Positions 63,654-64,000 of a DNA stretch of 64,000 nucleotides are shown one piece after another. Position 1 is the stretch's first letter, and the number at the start of each line of letters is the position of its first letter. The notes beneath the pieces were generated by a model. The model was given only the letters and a program-made list of their open reading frames with translations. It was not told the origin of the DNA and searched no databases. The DNA lies in the NCBI GenBank assembly GCA_963804995.1, contig CAWDSK010000006.1:1056001-1120000 (forward strand), written 5' to 3'. The translations under genes were made by a program, and so were the position numbers. The stretch comes from an uncultured Acidobacteriota bacterium (GTDB taxonomy: Bacteria; Acidobacteriota; Terriglobia; UBA7540).

Positions 63654-63756
63654 ACACAAGCCCTTTCGAGGCCTTGAAGTAGTCCTGATGGGCACGACGC
63701 GTGAGCGCCCATTACAAGTCGCGACGCAGCCGCGAAACGGACTAAGGACCAGGCTG

Positions 63757-64000
63757 TTAGCTGTTAGCTGTTAGCTGTAGTTTGACCGGCTTTCCCCCTC
63801 CGAATTTCCTGGCCAGCCAATCTTCCATATCGGCCCGTAGCGCCTCCGTATCCACCTGAAAACTTACTTCCAGTTGGCCGTCTGCCACGGGGAGAGTTTC
63901 ATCGAAAGCGCCGCGCCCGGTGAAGCTCCGCATGCAGAAACTATCCAGCCAATCGAGGGGACACGGTCGGGGCCCGTCGGGATTGACTATTTCGACGCGA
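63757..64000 (-). CDS. 3-prime end of a hypothetical protein running off the window
   Basis: Open frame RVEIVNPDGPRPCPLDWLDSFCMRSFTG...RKFGGGKPVKLQLTANS*; the stop lies within a CTGTTAG 7-mer run. Confidence 0.65.
   Translation of the reverse strand, partial: RVEIVNPDGPRPCPLDWLDSFCMRSFTGRGAFDETLPVADGQLEVSFQVDTEALRADMEDWLARKFGGGKPVKLQLTANS

Overview
GC-rich bacterial chromosome segment, most likely Acidobacteriota (inferred from gene order tgt-yajC-secD-secF-tonB-exbB-exbD-exbD-TPR-relA, dnaG-rpoD, and the style of the TonB-dependent receptor and hypothetical proteins). It carries housekeeping genes, catabolic and transport genes, c-di-GMP and PP2C signalling genes, a cluster of decayed toxin-antitoxin modules (26.6-29.3 kb) and one complete ISKra4-type IS with a 9-bp target duplication. 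Intergenic DNA is crowded with REP-like palindromes, TIR-bounded MITEs and 7-nt tandem repeats. I see no rRNA, tRNA or CRISPR array. Main points for follow-up: (1) a promoter- and terminator-bounded, highly structured ~390-nt non-coding RNA candidate between a divergent XRE regulator and a Mut7-C RNase gene; (2) a ComEA-like helix-hairpin-helix insert in the periplasmic domain of SecF; (3) nine precisely placed reading-frame lesions, and possibly a tenth, lie at or beside TCGA, which points to a DNA-methylation motif and probable basecalling artefacts, so the apparent radical SAM-CocE fusion is not real; (4) a 7-mer hairpin element inserted inside tgt; (5) an EF-P with a non-canonical loop. 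All family calls come from motif recognition by eye; no database searches were run.
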